A stretch of DNA of 56,496 nucleotides from a virus (IMGVR_UViG_3300027782_000104:1-56496), one strand, 5' to 3'. Shown: positions 19,345 through 29,343, counted from the stretch's first letter. Notes: generated from the sequence alone by a model not told the origin. A program made the numbers and translations.

Positions 19345-20331
19345 TTAGTTGAACCTTTGACCTGTTATGGGATCTTTGTAATCCAATGAATTCTTTGTGA
19401 TAATTTCGGTTTCTCTAAACGATAATGTTAACTCAATTTCGACAGGTGCAGGAATTCCACCGCCATTTGCGTCGCGAACATATCCAGCATAACCCTGGGA
19501 ATGATAATTCACTTTGATATCTGTACATACAGATGGGCGCAAATCGAATAGATACTCTGGATGATTAAACTTGATTTCAAAATACTCTGGATACTTGAAA
19601 AACAAACCTCCACCAACAAACTCTGGATGAGTATAGAATCTCATCATTTTAATAATATCGCGTATAGTATCCGACTCTTGGCGATTCTTAGGTGATAGTT
19701 TCCAGCTAAAACTATGATCACGAAAATCAACGCCTGTAAACAATAGTATTTTGTTAGGGTTTAGTGCAACACCACCAGCAGTTTTGAGCACAGCTGCAGC
19801 AACGTCTTCTCCACCTGCCGCCTTCATTCCTGCTTGAACTTTTGCATTCTGTCCGGCTATTCCTAATGCAATTCCTGCCATAGCAGCACCAGTCGCAGCT
19901 CCCCCACCCATTTCTTGATTACCGTACATTGCTCTATCGAATGGTTTTATTATAGAACCAGCAGCAGCACCTAAATCTTTTTTAGAATACTCAGGATTGT
20001 AGTCGGTAGAAAGATTAGAAGGCAAGGGTAAGAAAACTGAACCACCTGCAACGTTGAAATTACTTCCTATATTTACTCCAAACCCACTAAGAATTCCTGC
20101 TGCTAGTCCGTTTGTTTGCTTAGCAGTAAACGAAACCCAATGGTCTAGGTTGACTAGATCGTCTGGAAATGTTAATCTTGCGCCAGAAAACTGATCAGTA
20201 CCAATTCCCCCGTTAGCGAGTGAAGCTAGAGTAATACCCGCGCCAGCAAGCGCAGCAACAGCACCGACAGCTCCAACAGTTCCTATTGCAGTTCTTCTGG
20301 CAACTAGTCTGGCTAAACTTGATAAGGCCAT
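19345..20331 (-). CDS. gp48: Baseplate tail-tube cap gp48-like
   Basis: LPLPSNL, NPNKILLFTGVDFRDHSFSWKLSPKN..ES..I.DII, YP..F.I, T.I.VNY, P..IELTLSFRETEIIT. Confidence 0.85.
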   Translation of the reverse strand: MALSSLARLVARRTAIGTVGAVGAVAALAGAGITLASLANGGIGTDQFSGARLTFPDDLVNLDHWVSFTAKQTNGLAAGILSGFGVNIGSNFNVAGGSVFLPLPSNLSTDYNPEYSKKDLGAAAGSIIKPFDRAMYGNQEMGGGAATGAAMAGIALGIAGQNAKVQAGMKAAGGEDVAAAVLKTAGGVALNPNKILLFTGVDFRDHSFSWKLSPKNRQESDTIRDIIKMMRFYTHPEFVGGGLFFKYPEYFEIKFNHPEYLFDLRPSVCTDIKVNYHSQGYAGYVRDANGGGIPAPVEIELTLSFRETEIITKNSLDYKDPITGQRFN

Positions 20332-20351
20332 GCAGTATCCTTTCTTTTTTA

Positions 20352-20359
20352 TATTTATA
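20352..20359 (-). promoter_or_regulatory. T4-type late promoter TATAAATA
   Basis: Exact consensus 21 nt upstream of gp48, in the divergent gp48/gp4 gap. Confidence 0.8.
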
Positions 20360-20369
20360 TCGTATACAT

Positions 20370-20822
20370 ATGAGTATGGCTACTTACAAAGGCAGATTCG
20401 TCCCCAAAAATCCCGCAAAATACAAAGGCGATCCTACGAAAATCGTTTATCGATCGTCGTGGGAGCTTCGCTTTATGAAATATCTCGATGAGAACTCAAA
20501 CATTATCCAATGGGCATCGGAAGAACTAGCTATCCCATATAAGTCCCCGCTAGACGGACGATGGCATCGCTATTTCCCAGATTTCCTCGTGCGCATGCGC
20601 GATCGCGAGGGAAACATAACTGTCAAGATGATTGAGATTAAACCTCGCTCGCAGTCGGTCCCACCTACTCCTAAGAATAAAGGTTCTAAACCAACCAAGA
20701 GATATCTACAGGAAGTAGCAACTTTCGGAATAAATAGTGCTAAGTGGCACGCAGCTAAAGACTATTGCGAAGACCGTAAATGGCAATTTGTTGTGCTTAC
20801 AGAAAAGGAATTAGGGCTTTAA
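20370..20822 (+). CDS. gp4: Head completion nuclease gp4
   Basis: YKGRFVPKNPAKYKGDPTKIVYRSSWE..WASEE..IPY..HRYFPDF..IEIKP..N.AKW.AA..C..F.VLTEKEL. Start at 20370 or 20376. Confidence 0.93.
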   Translation: MSMATYKGRFVPKNPAKYKGDPTKIVYRSSWELRFMKYLDENSNIIQWASEELAIPYKSPLDGRWHRYFPDFLVRMRDREGNITVKMIEIKPRSQSVPPTPKNKGSKPTKRYLQEVATFGINSAKWHAAKDYCEDRKWQFVVLTEKELGL

Positions 20823-21436
20823 TGGTTGCTTACATATTCGACACAATCGTTAAACGCGGAGCTAAGGCTGGTGTTAATCCTTCTATTAAAAAGAGTAGTC
20901 GTGATTGGTTTCGCGAGCAAGCTAAAACCGTAACAACCGCAAATCCTACTCGCATGATACGCAGTAATGCTGCTAGGATGACTGATAAACCTCTGATTGG
21001 TCGTATGTATCTATTTCAGTACGACCCAAAAACTAAGGATAAACTCCCATATTATGACAGATTTCCTTTGGTCATCCCTATCGGTTCTAACAGAACTAAC
21101 GGATTTGCTGCGAGCGGAGGGTCATTCCTCGGACTCAATCTACACTATCTACCGCCGGTTCTTCGTGCTAGATTAATGGATGCACTTTATAAAGTTGCGT
21201 CTACAAAAGAAATCGATGAAACAACCAGACTGCGAATATCGTATAATATTCTAGCTCAGGCTACTCAATATCGTTTCTTTAAACCATGCATCAAACGATA
21301 TCTGATTTCACAGACACGCAGTAAGTTTTTCTACATAGAGCCTACAGAATGGGAAATGGCTTTGTTTCTGCCTCTTGATAGATTTGTTGGCTCAACAAAA
21401 CAACGCATTTATCGCGATAGTCGCAGCAGGATTTAA
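20822..21436 (+). CDS. gp2: DNA end protector gp2
   Basis: GRMYLFQYDPKTKDKLPYYDRFPLV, FLGLNLHYLPP..R, CIKRYL, EWEMALFLP. Start overlaps the gp4 stop. Confidence 0.93.
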   Translation: MVAYIFDTIVKRGAKAGVNPSIKKSSRDWFREQAKTVTTANPTRMIRSNAARMTDKPLIGRMYLFQYDPKTKDKLPYYDRFPLVIPIGSNRTNGFAASGGSFLGLNLHYLPPVLRARLMDALYKVASTKEIDETTRLRISYNILAQATQYRFFKPCIKRYLISQTRSKFFYIEPTEWEMALFLPLDRFVGSTKQRIYRDSRSRI

Positions 21437-21438
21437 CA

Positions 21439-22128
21439 ATGCCATTTAACATCGCAGATTTCAATTCGTCCATCGCTAAGTCTGGAGTAGCAAGCACTTC
21501 TCATTTCGAAGCTATGATTCTTGGGGGACCTGGATCATACACGAGCGGAAGAGGTATGTCTACTACGAACGTGCTTTCATACTTTGGTTTAGAAGAAGGT
21601 ATGCGATTTCGTATCGAATCTCTTAATATGCCTGGCAGAAATTTAACCACATTAGACCAGAATTATCATGGTCCAACTCGTGCCATGCCTTATAGATTTA
21701 CTCAACAACCAGTTTCTATGACAGTTATCCTCTCGCGCGACATGCGTGAGCGCGAAATATTCATGCGTTGGCAAGATTACTTCGTAGGACATTATCGCGC
21801 TAATCCTAATCGAAATGTTATGAGGGGTCAGTTCGACACGAAGTATTATCAGGGTGGAATTGGAACTGTAAAAATCCTACAATATTCTATTCCTCTTGAT
21901 GAAAAAGTTAAATCTAACAACGATACTTCTGGTAACAACTATACACTACAAACAGAAATCCTACTAGAAGAAGCATTCCCTATTTCTGTTCATGATATCG
22001 CTATGGCTTGGGGTGATGAAGGATATGGTAAGCTTCAGGTAGAAATTAGATATCATCGTTCAACAGAGTTAAATCATACGTTTCCATATACGAGTTTGTT
22101 TGACATGGATAAATCAAACAGAAGATAA
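21439..22128 (+). CDS. Baseplate tail-tube initiator gp54-like (tail-tube fold)
   Basis: ES.NMPGR.L.T, PY......V.MT, F..WQD, L.EAFP.SV..I.M.W; position between gp2 and gp26. Confidence 0.75.
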   Translation: MPFNIADFNSSIAKSGVASTSHFEAMILGGPGSYTSGRGMSTTNVLSYFGLEEGMRFRIESLNMPGRNLTTLDQNYHGPTRAMPYRFTQQPVSMTVILSRDMREREIFMRWQDYFVGHYRANPNRNVMRGQFDTKYYQGGIGTVKILQYSIPLDEKVKSNNDTSGNNYTLQTEILLEEAFPISVHDIAMAWGDEGYGKLQVEIRYHRSTELNHTFPYTSLFDMDKSNRR

Positions 22129-22141
22129 CATGAGGTGAATT

Positions 22142-22846
22142 ATGGCATTACCTAAAATCGCAGTTGCTAAATTTGGACTAGAACTACCATCTACAGGAAC
22201 CCGAATCACATTTAGACCGTTTCTTGTGAAAGAAGAAAAGATGCTGCTTATGGCTGCACAATCGGAAGATTCGCTTTCGATGATTGATGCAGTTAAAGAC
22301 GTAATCGCAGCATGTACCGATGATGTTAATGTTGAGAAAATTCCATACTTTGATTTGGAATATCTGTTTCTCAATATCCGAGCTAAATCTGTTGGCGAAA
22401 TCGTTAAGTTAGAATATCGTCACACTGGTGGAGTAAATTATCAGGGGATAACATGCGAAGCTGTTACTCCTGTAGAAATCAACCTCGAGCAAGTTAAAGT
22501 TGATAAGTTGCCTGAGCATACTACGAAAATTCAGCTAGACGATAAGCTCGGTATGGAAATGCGTTATCCTACTATCAATGACGTTCGTAAAGTCAGTGAA
22601 GGCAGTGACGAAATTGAAATGCTGGCTAAGTGTATTCTTCATGTGTACGATGATGATAACATTTACGAACCAGACAATATCGAAGACTCGGTTAATTTCA
22701 TCGAGTCGTTGAACAGCGCTCAGTTCACTAAGATTATGCAGTTCATTGGAACTATGCCAAAACTACGCCACTCGTTTACTTACAAATGTAAGGGATGTGG
22801 TCAGGAAGATAAGGTGACGCTGGAGGGAATGGCTGATTTTTTTTAA
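22142..22846 (+). CDS. gp26: Baseplate hub assembly protein gp26
   Basis: MALPKI..LPSTG..I.FRPFLVKEEK.LL.A, FDLEYLFLNIRAKSVGE, MRYPT, MPKL.H..C..CG..LEG..DFF. Confidence 0.92.
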   Translation: MALPKIAVAKFGLELPSTGTRITFRPFLVKEEKMLLMAAQSEDSLSMIDAVKDVIAACTDDVNVEKIPYFDLEYLFLNIRAKSVGEIVKLEYRHTGGVNYQGITCEAVTPVEINLEQVKVDKLPEHTTKIQLDDKLGMEMRYPTINDVRKVSEGSDEIEMLAKCILHVYDDDNIYEPDNIEDSVNFIESLNSAQFTKIMQFIGTMPKLRHSFTYKCKGCGQEDKVTLEGMADFF

Positions 22847-23028
22847 TGATCCTCTCTCATAATACTCTTGCGAATTACTACCAGACCAATTTTTCGTTAA
22901 TGCAGCACCACAAATACTCGCTGAGTGACATAGAAGGTATGATTCCGTGGGAGAGGGATATCTATGTTAAAATGTTGGTTGAATATCTTGAAAGGTTAAA
23001 AGACGAACAAGAAAAGCAAAGGCGATAA
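22846..23028 (+). CDS. gp51: Baseplate hub assembly catalyst gp51-like
   Basis: L.NYYQTNFSLMQHHKYSLSDIE.MIPWERDIY...L. Confidence 0.88.
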   Translation: MILSHNTLANYYQTNFSLMQHHKYSLSDIEGMIPWERDIYVKMLVEYLERLKDEQEKQRR

Positions 23029-26000
23029 ATGGCCAAAGATAAAAGAATTGTAGCAGGCGTTATAAGCGATACGAAATACTATTACGCAAGTGATGGTTCG
23101 GTCGTTGACGAAGATGGTAAACCAGCACCTGCTAAATTCGCGGCTATGTTTCCGCCTATGCCTGAGCAGAAACCTGAACCTGTCAAGGAAACGAAACCTA
23201 AGAAAACACGTCGCAAACTAAAAGACCTTGCGGGTAGAATTAAGAACTCGAAATACTATTACGATGCCGAAGGCAATGTCGTAGACGAAGAAGGTAAACC
23301 TGTAAACGAAAAACTCGCTGGATATTTCGGTAAGCGAGAAGAGCTGCGTAAAGACATACCTAAAGTAGAACCTAAGAAACAAACTGATATGATTGACGGC
23401 AAAAGATTGCGAGTCATAAATTCAGAAATAGGTAAAGCTATACGAAGCACGCAAAATCTCGTACAGTCTAACGAAATAATTCAAGATAAAATGACGACTA
23501 TGTTTGACTCGTTTAACGACGTAGTCAAAACACTAGGCGACCAGAACGACGCGATCGTACAACGACTAATTCAACAGAACCAAGAGTTTCAAGATAAGGT
23601 CATAGAAACATTATCTGGAGTTCCGGGAGCTACAAAAGCAGGTGGTGCTAAACCAAAAAAGATAAATCCTAGAGCAGTTGGTGGTTCTAAGGCAGCTAGA
23701 GGAACAGAACTCAAAGTAAAGACAACCAATTATCGCGAAACTCGTAAACAAGAAGTCGAAGATCGCGCGCGACGCATAGCTGAGATTAAAACTAAACGCG
23801 ATATTAAATCTATAGTTGTTGGTTCTTTGATAGGAGCAACTGCTGGTATTGGTGCTGGCGCATTAATTTCTGCTATCACGCCTAGCACAACTGCTCCATC
23901 AACTCCTACTCCTCCAGGAGGTGCTCCAGGAGGAACTACTCCTAGTGGTCCAGGCGGAGGTAACGGAGACACGACTCCTGGCAGCGGAGGCATGACTCGA
24001 CTAAAAACTAAGAGCGGAAAAGCATACGAGGTCGACTCTAAATTCGCTGCTAATTTCAAAGGATTTGTTGACGAGCTCGAAGCCGCTGGATATCAAATCA
24101 AAAGTATTGGAGGATACAGTCCGCGCCCAGGATGGCACGGAAAAGGTATGGCGATTGATATTAATCCCGACCAGAATCCTATGCTCATTAATTCTGGCGG
24201 TAGAATTATAAACAAACTCACTGGACAAGAGTCTAGTAATCTAAAGAATTCTAAGTATCCATTTGGTTACGGTACTGATAATTTCGGTTCTATTGACGTA
24301 AGTTCTATGGCTAGAAAATGGGGACTTGGTTGGGGTGGAAATTGGAAAAGTTCATCAGACACAATGCACTTTTCTGCTGGAGCAAACGAAGGTGGAACTG
24401 GAGTTGTGCCTGAAGGAGGTCCTCAAGTTGCGGTTAATGGTGGCGCAGGTGCAGGTTCTCCTACAGGTGGAATAGCACCAGCACCTGCACCTGCGCCACC
24501 AGGAACAGGAACAGGTGGAGTAGGTACTACTCAGGCTCCGGGAGCAGGCTCTATATCAGCAGGAACATCTGGTGCTGGTGCGGCTCCAGGAACTATCGCA
24601 AGAATCAATGAAGTAGGTCCTGGATATAATGTTGTTCAGCTTGGTGATGGAAGCGTAGAACGTCGCGCAGGCGCACGAAACTGGAGAAACAATAATCCCG
24701 GAAACATTGAATACGGCAGCTTTTCTAAATCAGCTGGTGCGATAGGTTCTGATGGTAGATTTGCTATATTCCCTTCGTATGAAGTGGGTCGTGCTGCTAA
24801 AGAAAAACTATTGTTCGAAGGTCGTTCTTATAGCGGAATGAGTATTCAGCAAGCGATATATAAGTATGCTCCTCCTAGTGAAAATAACAGTGCTGCTTAT
24901 GCCGCGAATGTAGCTGCTGCAGCGGGTGTTTCACCTTCGACTGCATTGACAGCTTTGAATGCTGATCAAAGAAAAGCCATGCTCAACGCTATGGAAAAGG
25001 TTGAAGGATTCAGATCAGGAAAAATTACAAAAGTCAGCGAAGGCAATACTCAAGTTGCTTCAGCTGGAACTCCTCCTAAAGCATACGCCGCTGGTGATCC
25101 ATATGTTCCTAACACTGGACCAGCAATCGTTGGTGAAAGAGGTCCTGAATTAGTCATAGGTAAAGATGGTTCGTCTAGATTAACAGGAGACGGTCCTCGT
25201 ATTGAAAACTTGAATCAGGGTGATTCTGTTGTTCCTGCTGATAAGACCAAAAAATTAATGGGTTATGCTGAAGGCACGTCGGCTGACATTACGAAATTAT
25301 TGCCAGCCGTTAATTATGAAATGGATAAAAACTCCTATTTCAAAAAAGGAGAACTTAACAGATATGAAACAGATCCTCGTCCTGATCTACCATTAGGATC
25401 ATCAGCAGATCTGTTTTATAACGGTGATGAAAAGACTAGAAAAGCGCGACTACTAGATTATCAAACTAATCCAGATTCTGAAGGTAAATCAGCATTTGAA
25501 GCTGGTTATCAGTATCGTGGTTTTAGTAACATGTATAATAAAGCTGGTGATATCGGCAGACCTGAAAAGAAAATGAGCGACGTATCTTACAGCGAACTCA
25601 TCGAGCGTTCGAAACGAGCTGATGTTGAAACATTAAAGCCTGGTGAAGGAATCTTTGGATATGCTGAAGGCACATCTTCTGCGGATATCTTAAAGCTATT
25701 GCCAGCCGTTAATTATGAAATGGATAAGAATTCGTATTTCAAAAAAGGAGAACTTAACAGATACGAAACTGATCCCCGTCCCGATTTACCATTAGGTTCA
25801 ACAGAAGATTTATATTTTAACGGCGATGAAAAGACAAGAAAAGCTAGATTATTAGATTATCAAACAAATCCTGATTCTGAAGGAAAAACTGCATTCGAAG
25901 CAGGATATCAGTATCGCGGTTTCAGTAATATGTATAATAAGGCTGGCGATATTGGTGGACCTGAAAAGAAAATGAGTGATACTTCGTATAGCGAGCTGGT

Positions 26001-26670
26001 CGAACGTTCTAAGCGACCTGATGTTGAAACACTAAAGCCAGGTGAAGGTGTTTTCGGTAAGCTTGAAGGATATGCTGAAGGAACTTCTAATTCTAAAGAT
26101 TTTGAATTTTTAAACTATAATCCTCTCGGTGGTTTCGTCAACGATAAAAAAATTGACCAATCGCTTGTTCAGTTTAGACGTCGCGCGCATGGGCAACGTA
26201 TGTCTGAATCTTCGGCGGAAGATAGAAAAGGTTTCGAACGAATTCAAAAAGGTGCGAGCGGTGAAGATTATGGCGCACATAATAGAACATTTTATTATGA
26301 AAAAGATATCCCAGGGCTCAACGGTTTAACTAGAAATTCAGTAACCGCAACAGGATATTATAATCCTATTACGGATAAACATTATTCACCAGAGTCTGGT
26401 ATCAAACAAAGTCAACGTAGTTCTCCAGAAGCAATTAAAAGCAAACTTGAAATGTGGAACATAAACGCAAATGCGATGTCAGAACAAAATGCAATGCAAG
26501 AATATACTCAACCTCCAGCAGTGAAAACAGTAGTAATTAATAACAATAGAACAAACAACGTAACAAAAACAGTCAATCAGGGTTCATCTCTACCTCAGTT
26601 AGATAGAAACGAATCAGCTAATCCGCTCGCACAGGGTGGCAATAAACGTACTGCTATGGGAGCATTCTAA
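23029..26670 (+). CDS. Tape-measure/hub-like virion protein with M15-type peptidase and lysozyme-like domains
   Basis: Follows gp26/gp51. Coiled-coil N-terminal region; GGYSPR..WHGKGMAIDINP..WGGNW..DTMHF (peptidase M15); RNNNPGNI..GRFAIF..YAPPSENN (lysozyme-like); GPAIVGERGPEL (tape-measure C-terminal motif). Confidence 0.78.
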   Translation: MAKDKRIVAGVISDTKYYYASDGSVVDEDGKPAPAKFAAMFPPMPEQKPEPVKETKPKKTRRKLKDLAGRIKNSKYYYDAEGNVVDEEGKPVNEKLAGYFGKREELRKDIPKVEPKKQTDMIDGKRLRVINSEIGKAIRSTQNLVQSNEIIQDKMTTMFDSFNDVVKTLGDQNDAIVQRLIQQNQEFQDKVIETLSGVPGATKAGGAKPKKINPRAVGGSKAARGTELKVKTTNYRETRKQEVEDRARRIAEIKTKRDIKSIVVGSLIGATAGIGAGALISAITPSTTAPSTPTPPGGAPGGTTPSGPGGGNGDTTPGSGGMTRLKTKSGKAYEVDSKFAANFKGFVDELEAAGYQIKSIGGYSPRPGWHGKGMAIDINPDQNPMLINSGGRIINKLTGQESSNLKNSKYPFGYGTDNFGSIDVSSMARKWGLGWGGNWKSSSDTMHFSAGANEGGTGVVPEGGPQVAVNGGAGAGSPTGGIAPAPAPAPPGTGTGGVGTTQAPGAGSISAGTSGAGAAPGTIARINEVGPGYNVVQLGDGSVERRAGARNWRNNNPGNIEYGSFSKSAGAIGSDGRFAIFPSYEVGRAAKEKLLFEGRSYSGMSIQQAIYKYAPPSENNSAAYAANVAAAAGVSPSTALTALNADQRKAMLNAMEKVEGFRSGKITKVSEGNTQVASAGTPPKAYAAGDPYVPNTGPAIVGERGPELVIGKDGSSRLTGDGPRIENLNQGDSVVPADKTKKLMGYAEGTSADITKLLPAVNYEMDKNSYFKKGELNRYETDPRPDLPLGSSADLFYNGDEKTRKARLLDYQTNPDSEGKSAFEAGYQYRGFSNMYNKAGDIGRPEKKMSDVSYSELIERSKRADVETLKPGEGIFGYAEGTSSADILKLLPAVNYEMDKNSYFKKGELNRYETDPRPDLPLGSTEDLYFNGDEKTRKARLLDYQTNPDSEGKTAFEAGYQYRGFSNMYNKAGDIGGPEKKMSDTSYSELVERSKRPDVETLKPGEGVFGKLEGYAEGTSNSKDFEFLNYNPLGGFVNDKKIDQSLVQFRRRAHGQRMSESSAEDRKGFERIQKGASGEDYGAHNRTFYYEKDIPGLNGLTRNSVTATGYYNPITDKHYSPESGIKQSQRSSPEAIKSKLEMWNINANAMSEQNAMQEYTQPPAVKTVVINNNRTNNVTKTVNQGSSLPQLDRNESANPLAQGGNKRTAMGAF
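25261..26067 (+). repeat. Tandem duplication of a ~132-aa domain
   Basis: GYAEGTS(S)ADI.KLLPAVNYEMDKNSYFKKGELNRYETDPRPDLPLGS...DVETLKPGEG occurs twice (starts 25261 and 25657); a third GYAEGTS at 26068. Confidence 0.95.
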
Positions 26671-29285
26671 TGGCTATATCGAAACTCGTTAAGTCAGGTC
26701 AGTCATTTGATCGTCCCAGCGTTTCTGCATTCTTTGGTAAAGCTGGTCCTGCGAACGATAATCTACAGAAACAATCAGATATGTTTTCTGGAGGTAATTT
26801 CGTCAGCAGCATCACGAATATGTTGCAACAACTTAATGGTCAGTTGCAAAAACTACAAGAAACTTCTCAGAAAACGATACTTGCGTTCAATAAGATAATC
26901 AAAGATATTCGCGACGTTAAAAAAGATATCGTATCAAAGTTTCGCATCGTTAACAACGAATTGAATTCTAACAAACTTGATTTCGTCAATGGCATACGAG
27001 GAGGCGAACTACCTAAACCAATAACAATGCCAGAACCAGGAACTCCTGTTCCTGCGAACGCACCTGCGGCTGCAGCAGCTGCTCCTGCTGGCGGTGGATT
27101 TGATTTATTTTCTTCACTAGCAGATTTGCTAGGCGGTGCTAGTTTATTAAAAGATCTTATCAAGTGGGCTCCAAGAATTGCTCCTATACTTGGTTCCGCA
27201 ACGGTAATTGGATTAGCTGGATATGCTACATTTGAAGCTTTCAAAAAGGCTATGTTTAGTATAGCCGAAATCGCTGATTGGGTTGAAGAAAAGCTTGGGT
27301 TGAAAAAACTATACAAAGAACGTATGGAAACTCAAGAATATAAGGATATGCAGGACACGCAAACTAAGATCACCGAAGACGCTCGCAAAACGAACGTTGA
27401 TAAGGGTGATCGTATTAAGATGATGCAGAAAACTCTTGATGATAATAAGCTGCAAAAGAAAGACGTTAAGACTCTACAAGGCGATATCATTACGATGATT
27501 GATGGTCGTCAGTTTGATATTAAAACTCAAAAACCAGTAGAAGCAACACCAGACACTACTACGGCTGCTCCTGCTGCAACACCTGCTGCTACTACTCCAA
27601 GCGCACCAACCGATAATGCGCAAACTCCTGCTGCAGCAGCACCTGCAGCAACTGCTCCTACTCCTGGAGGCGCAGCAGAAGATAAGAAAACTCCCGAAGC
27701 TCCAGCAGGCGGTGGAGGCGGAAGCGGAGGCGAAGGTGGTGCAGGAGGTTCTCCTGCAGCTAGCGCTCCTGCAACTACTCCTGCTGCTCCTGCTGGCGGA
27801 GGTGGCGGAGGTGAAGGTTCTCCTGCAGCTAGTGCTCCTGCGACAACACCATCTGCTCCTACTGCAACACCATCTGCGCCTGGTTCTAATGCTCCCGCAC
27901 CTATGCCTGCTCCAGCTGCTCCATCAGCAGGAACTGGTGGTGTAGGTTCTATTCAAGCACCAGGCGCAGGATCGCCAACACCAGCAACCACACCTCCTGC
28001 TGCTACTCCTCCCGCCGCACCTCCAGCAGGAACACCAACTCCAACAGCTAGACCTACTGGAGATGAATTAAAAGCTTTAGGAGGAATAGAAAGAACAACT
28101 CCAACTGAGCAAGCGCAGCAACAAGCACAACAGAACACTGCTGCTATTCAGAATCCTATGGCTCTTATGGCAGCTAAGATGGAAGCTGCTAAACAAATCG
28201 ACGAAAATAAACCGAAAGCTGCCGAACCAAACACAATTGTTAAAGGTGAAGCACCTGTTTATACCGCTATGGGCGATCTTGCGATGCCAGGAACTCCTGA
28301 TCAAAAGTTTGTTGGATCAGGAAGAGGTTCGGTTGTTGAAGGATTAAACGACAGAGCTAATGCTCAAGCAGTTGGTTCTGGTCGCGGTTCTGTCATCGAA
28401 GCTCCTGGAGCACGAGCAGCTGCTAATGCGCCGAAACCAAAACCAGCTGCTCCTGTTGCCTCTGCACCTGTAGTAGATCCGCACGCTAAATCTAAAGCAT
28501 TATTCCAAGAAGTGTTGGATATCGAAAAGCAAGGTGGTAACAGCACAGCAAAATATTTTGAAGCTGATAAACAACGTATGGCTGAACTTGCTGCTATTAA
28601 AGATAAACCAGCAGAAGGGGCTCCAGCGGCAGCTAAGAAAACTGCGCCTAAAAAAGAAAAAGAAATGTCCGCTATGGACAAAATGCGTATGGGTCGCGGT
28701 GCTGGTGATCATACTGCTCCTATGGGATTAGGAGACGAATCTGCTGGATATACAGGAGCTGCGGGTGATATACTACAGGCTGGATTAGATCAACAGAAAG
28801 CATTAAATGCTGGACCCGAACCTGGATATAGCGGAAAAGGTGGTCAAGTTCTACAGACTAATCTTAATGATGCAGCTGTTGTTGAAGCAGAACAGCAAAA
28901 AGAACGCGCAGCAGCTGCACAGAAAATGCAAGCAGTTGACGACGCTGACATGGCTCGCGCTCCAGGTGAACGCTCAGTCATGGCAACAGACCAAGCTAAG
29001 ATAGAAGCTATTAAATCTGGAGTGACTCCAGCTGCTGCTGGTGCAAGAACATTACGTCAAGCTGGAGCACAAATTGGCCCTAAACCAGCAGACTTAGAAC
29101 CTCCACCGAAAATGTCAGATCAAGGTGCAGGAGAACCTCAAATTCAAAATAACAACCAGACGCAAAATAGTGGAACATCTTCTGGTGGTGAAGGTAATAA
29201 TGTTGCTGGGCAAAACCTTCCTATGAAAGCAACTAATGATTGGTTGAAAGATTTTATCGAACGTCAGCAAATATCTTATCAATAA
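26670..29285 (+). CDS. Second tape-measure/hub-like protein, Ala/Pro-rich
   Basis: 871 aa, coupled to the previous stop. Coiled-coil N-terminus, hydrophobic segment, long low-complexity linker, NNNQTQ near the C-terminus. Confidence 0.65.
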   Translation: MAISKLVKSGQSFDRPSVSAFFGKAGPANDNLQKQSDMFSGGNFVSSITNMLQQLNGQLQKLQETSQKTILAFNKIIKDIRDVKKDIVSKFRIVNNELNSNKLDFVNGIRGGELPKPITMPEPGTPVPANAPAAAAAAPAGGGFDLFSSLADLLGGASLLKDLIKWAPRIAPILGSATVIGLAGYATFEAFKKAMFSIAEIADWVEEKLGLKKLYKERMETQEYKDMQDTQTKITEDARKTNVDKGDRIKMMQKTLDDNKLQKKDVKTLQGDIITMIDGRQFDIKTQKPVEATPDTTTAAPAATPAATTPSAPTDNAQTPAAAAPAATAPTPGGAAEDKKTPEAPAGGGGGSGGEGGAGGSPAASAPATTPAAPAGGGGGGEGSPAASAPATTPSAPTATPSAPGSNAPAPMPAPAAPSAGTGGVGSIQAPGAGSPTPATTPPAATPPAAPPAGTPTPTARPTGDELKALGGIERTTPTEQAQQQAQQNTAAIQNPMALMAAKMEAAKQIDENKPKAAEPNTIVKGEAPVYTAMGDLAMPGTPDQKFVGSGRGSVVEGLNDRANAQAVGSGRGSVIEAPGARAAANAPKPKPAAPVASAPVVDPHAKSKALFQEVLDIEKQGGNSTAKYFEADKQRMAELAAIKDKPAEGAPAAAKKTAPKKEKEMSAMDKMRMGRGAGDHTAPMGLGDESAGYTGAAGDILQAGLDQQKALNAGPEPGYSGKGGQVLQTNLNDAAVVEAEQQKERAAAAQKMQAVDDADMARAPGERSVMATDQAKIEAIKSGVTPAAAGARTLRQAGAQIGPKPADLEPPPKMSDQGAGEPQIQNNNQTQNSGTSSGGEGNNVAGQNLPMKATNDWLKDFIERQQISYQ

Positions 29286-29309
29286 AAAAGGGAGGGCCGA
29301 AGCCCTCCC
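29284..29309 (-). terminator. Rho-independent terminator after gp32
   Basis: Minus strand GGGAGGGC-TTCG-GCCCTCCC-TTTTTT (cUUCGg tetraloop) at the convergent junction. Confidence 0.92.
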
Positions 29310-29343
29310 AGGTAGTCGTAGGGGAAAGGAATAAACCCTACGA

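Noticed and set aside
25261-26067. Duplication as a possible DGR template/variable pair
   Set aside because: Differences are mostly synonymous rather than adenine-specific, and no reverse transcriptase is present.
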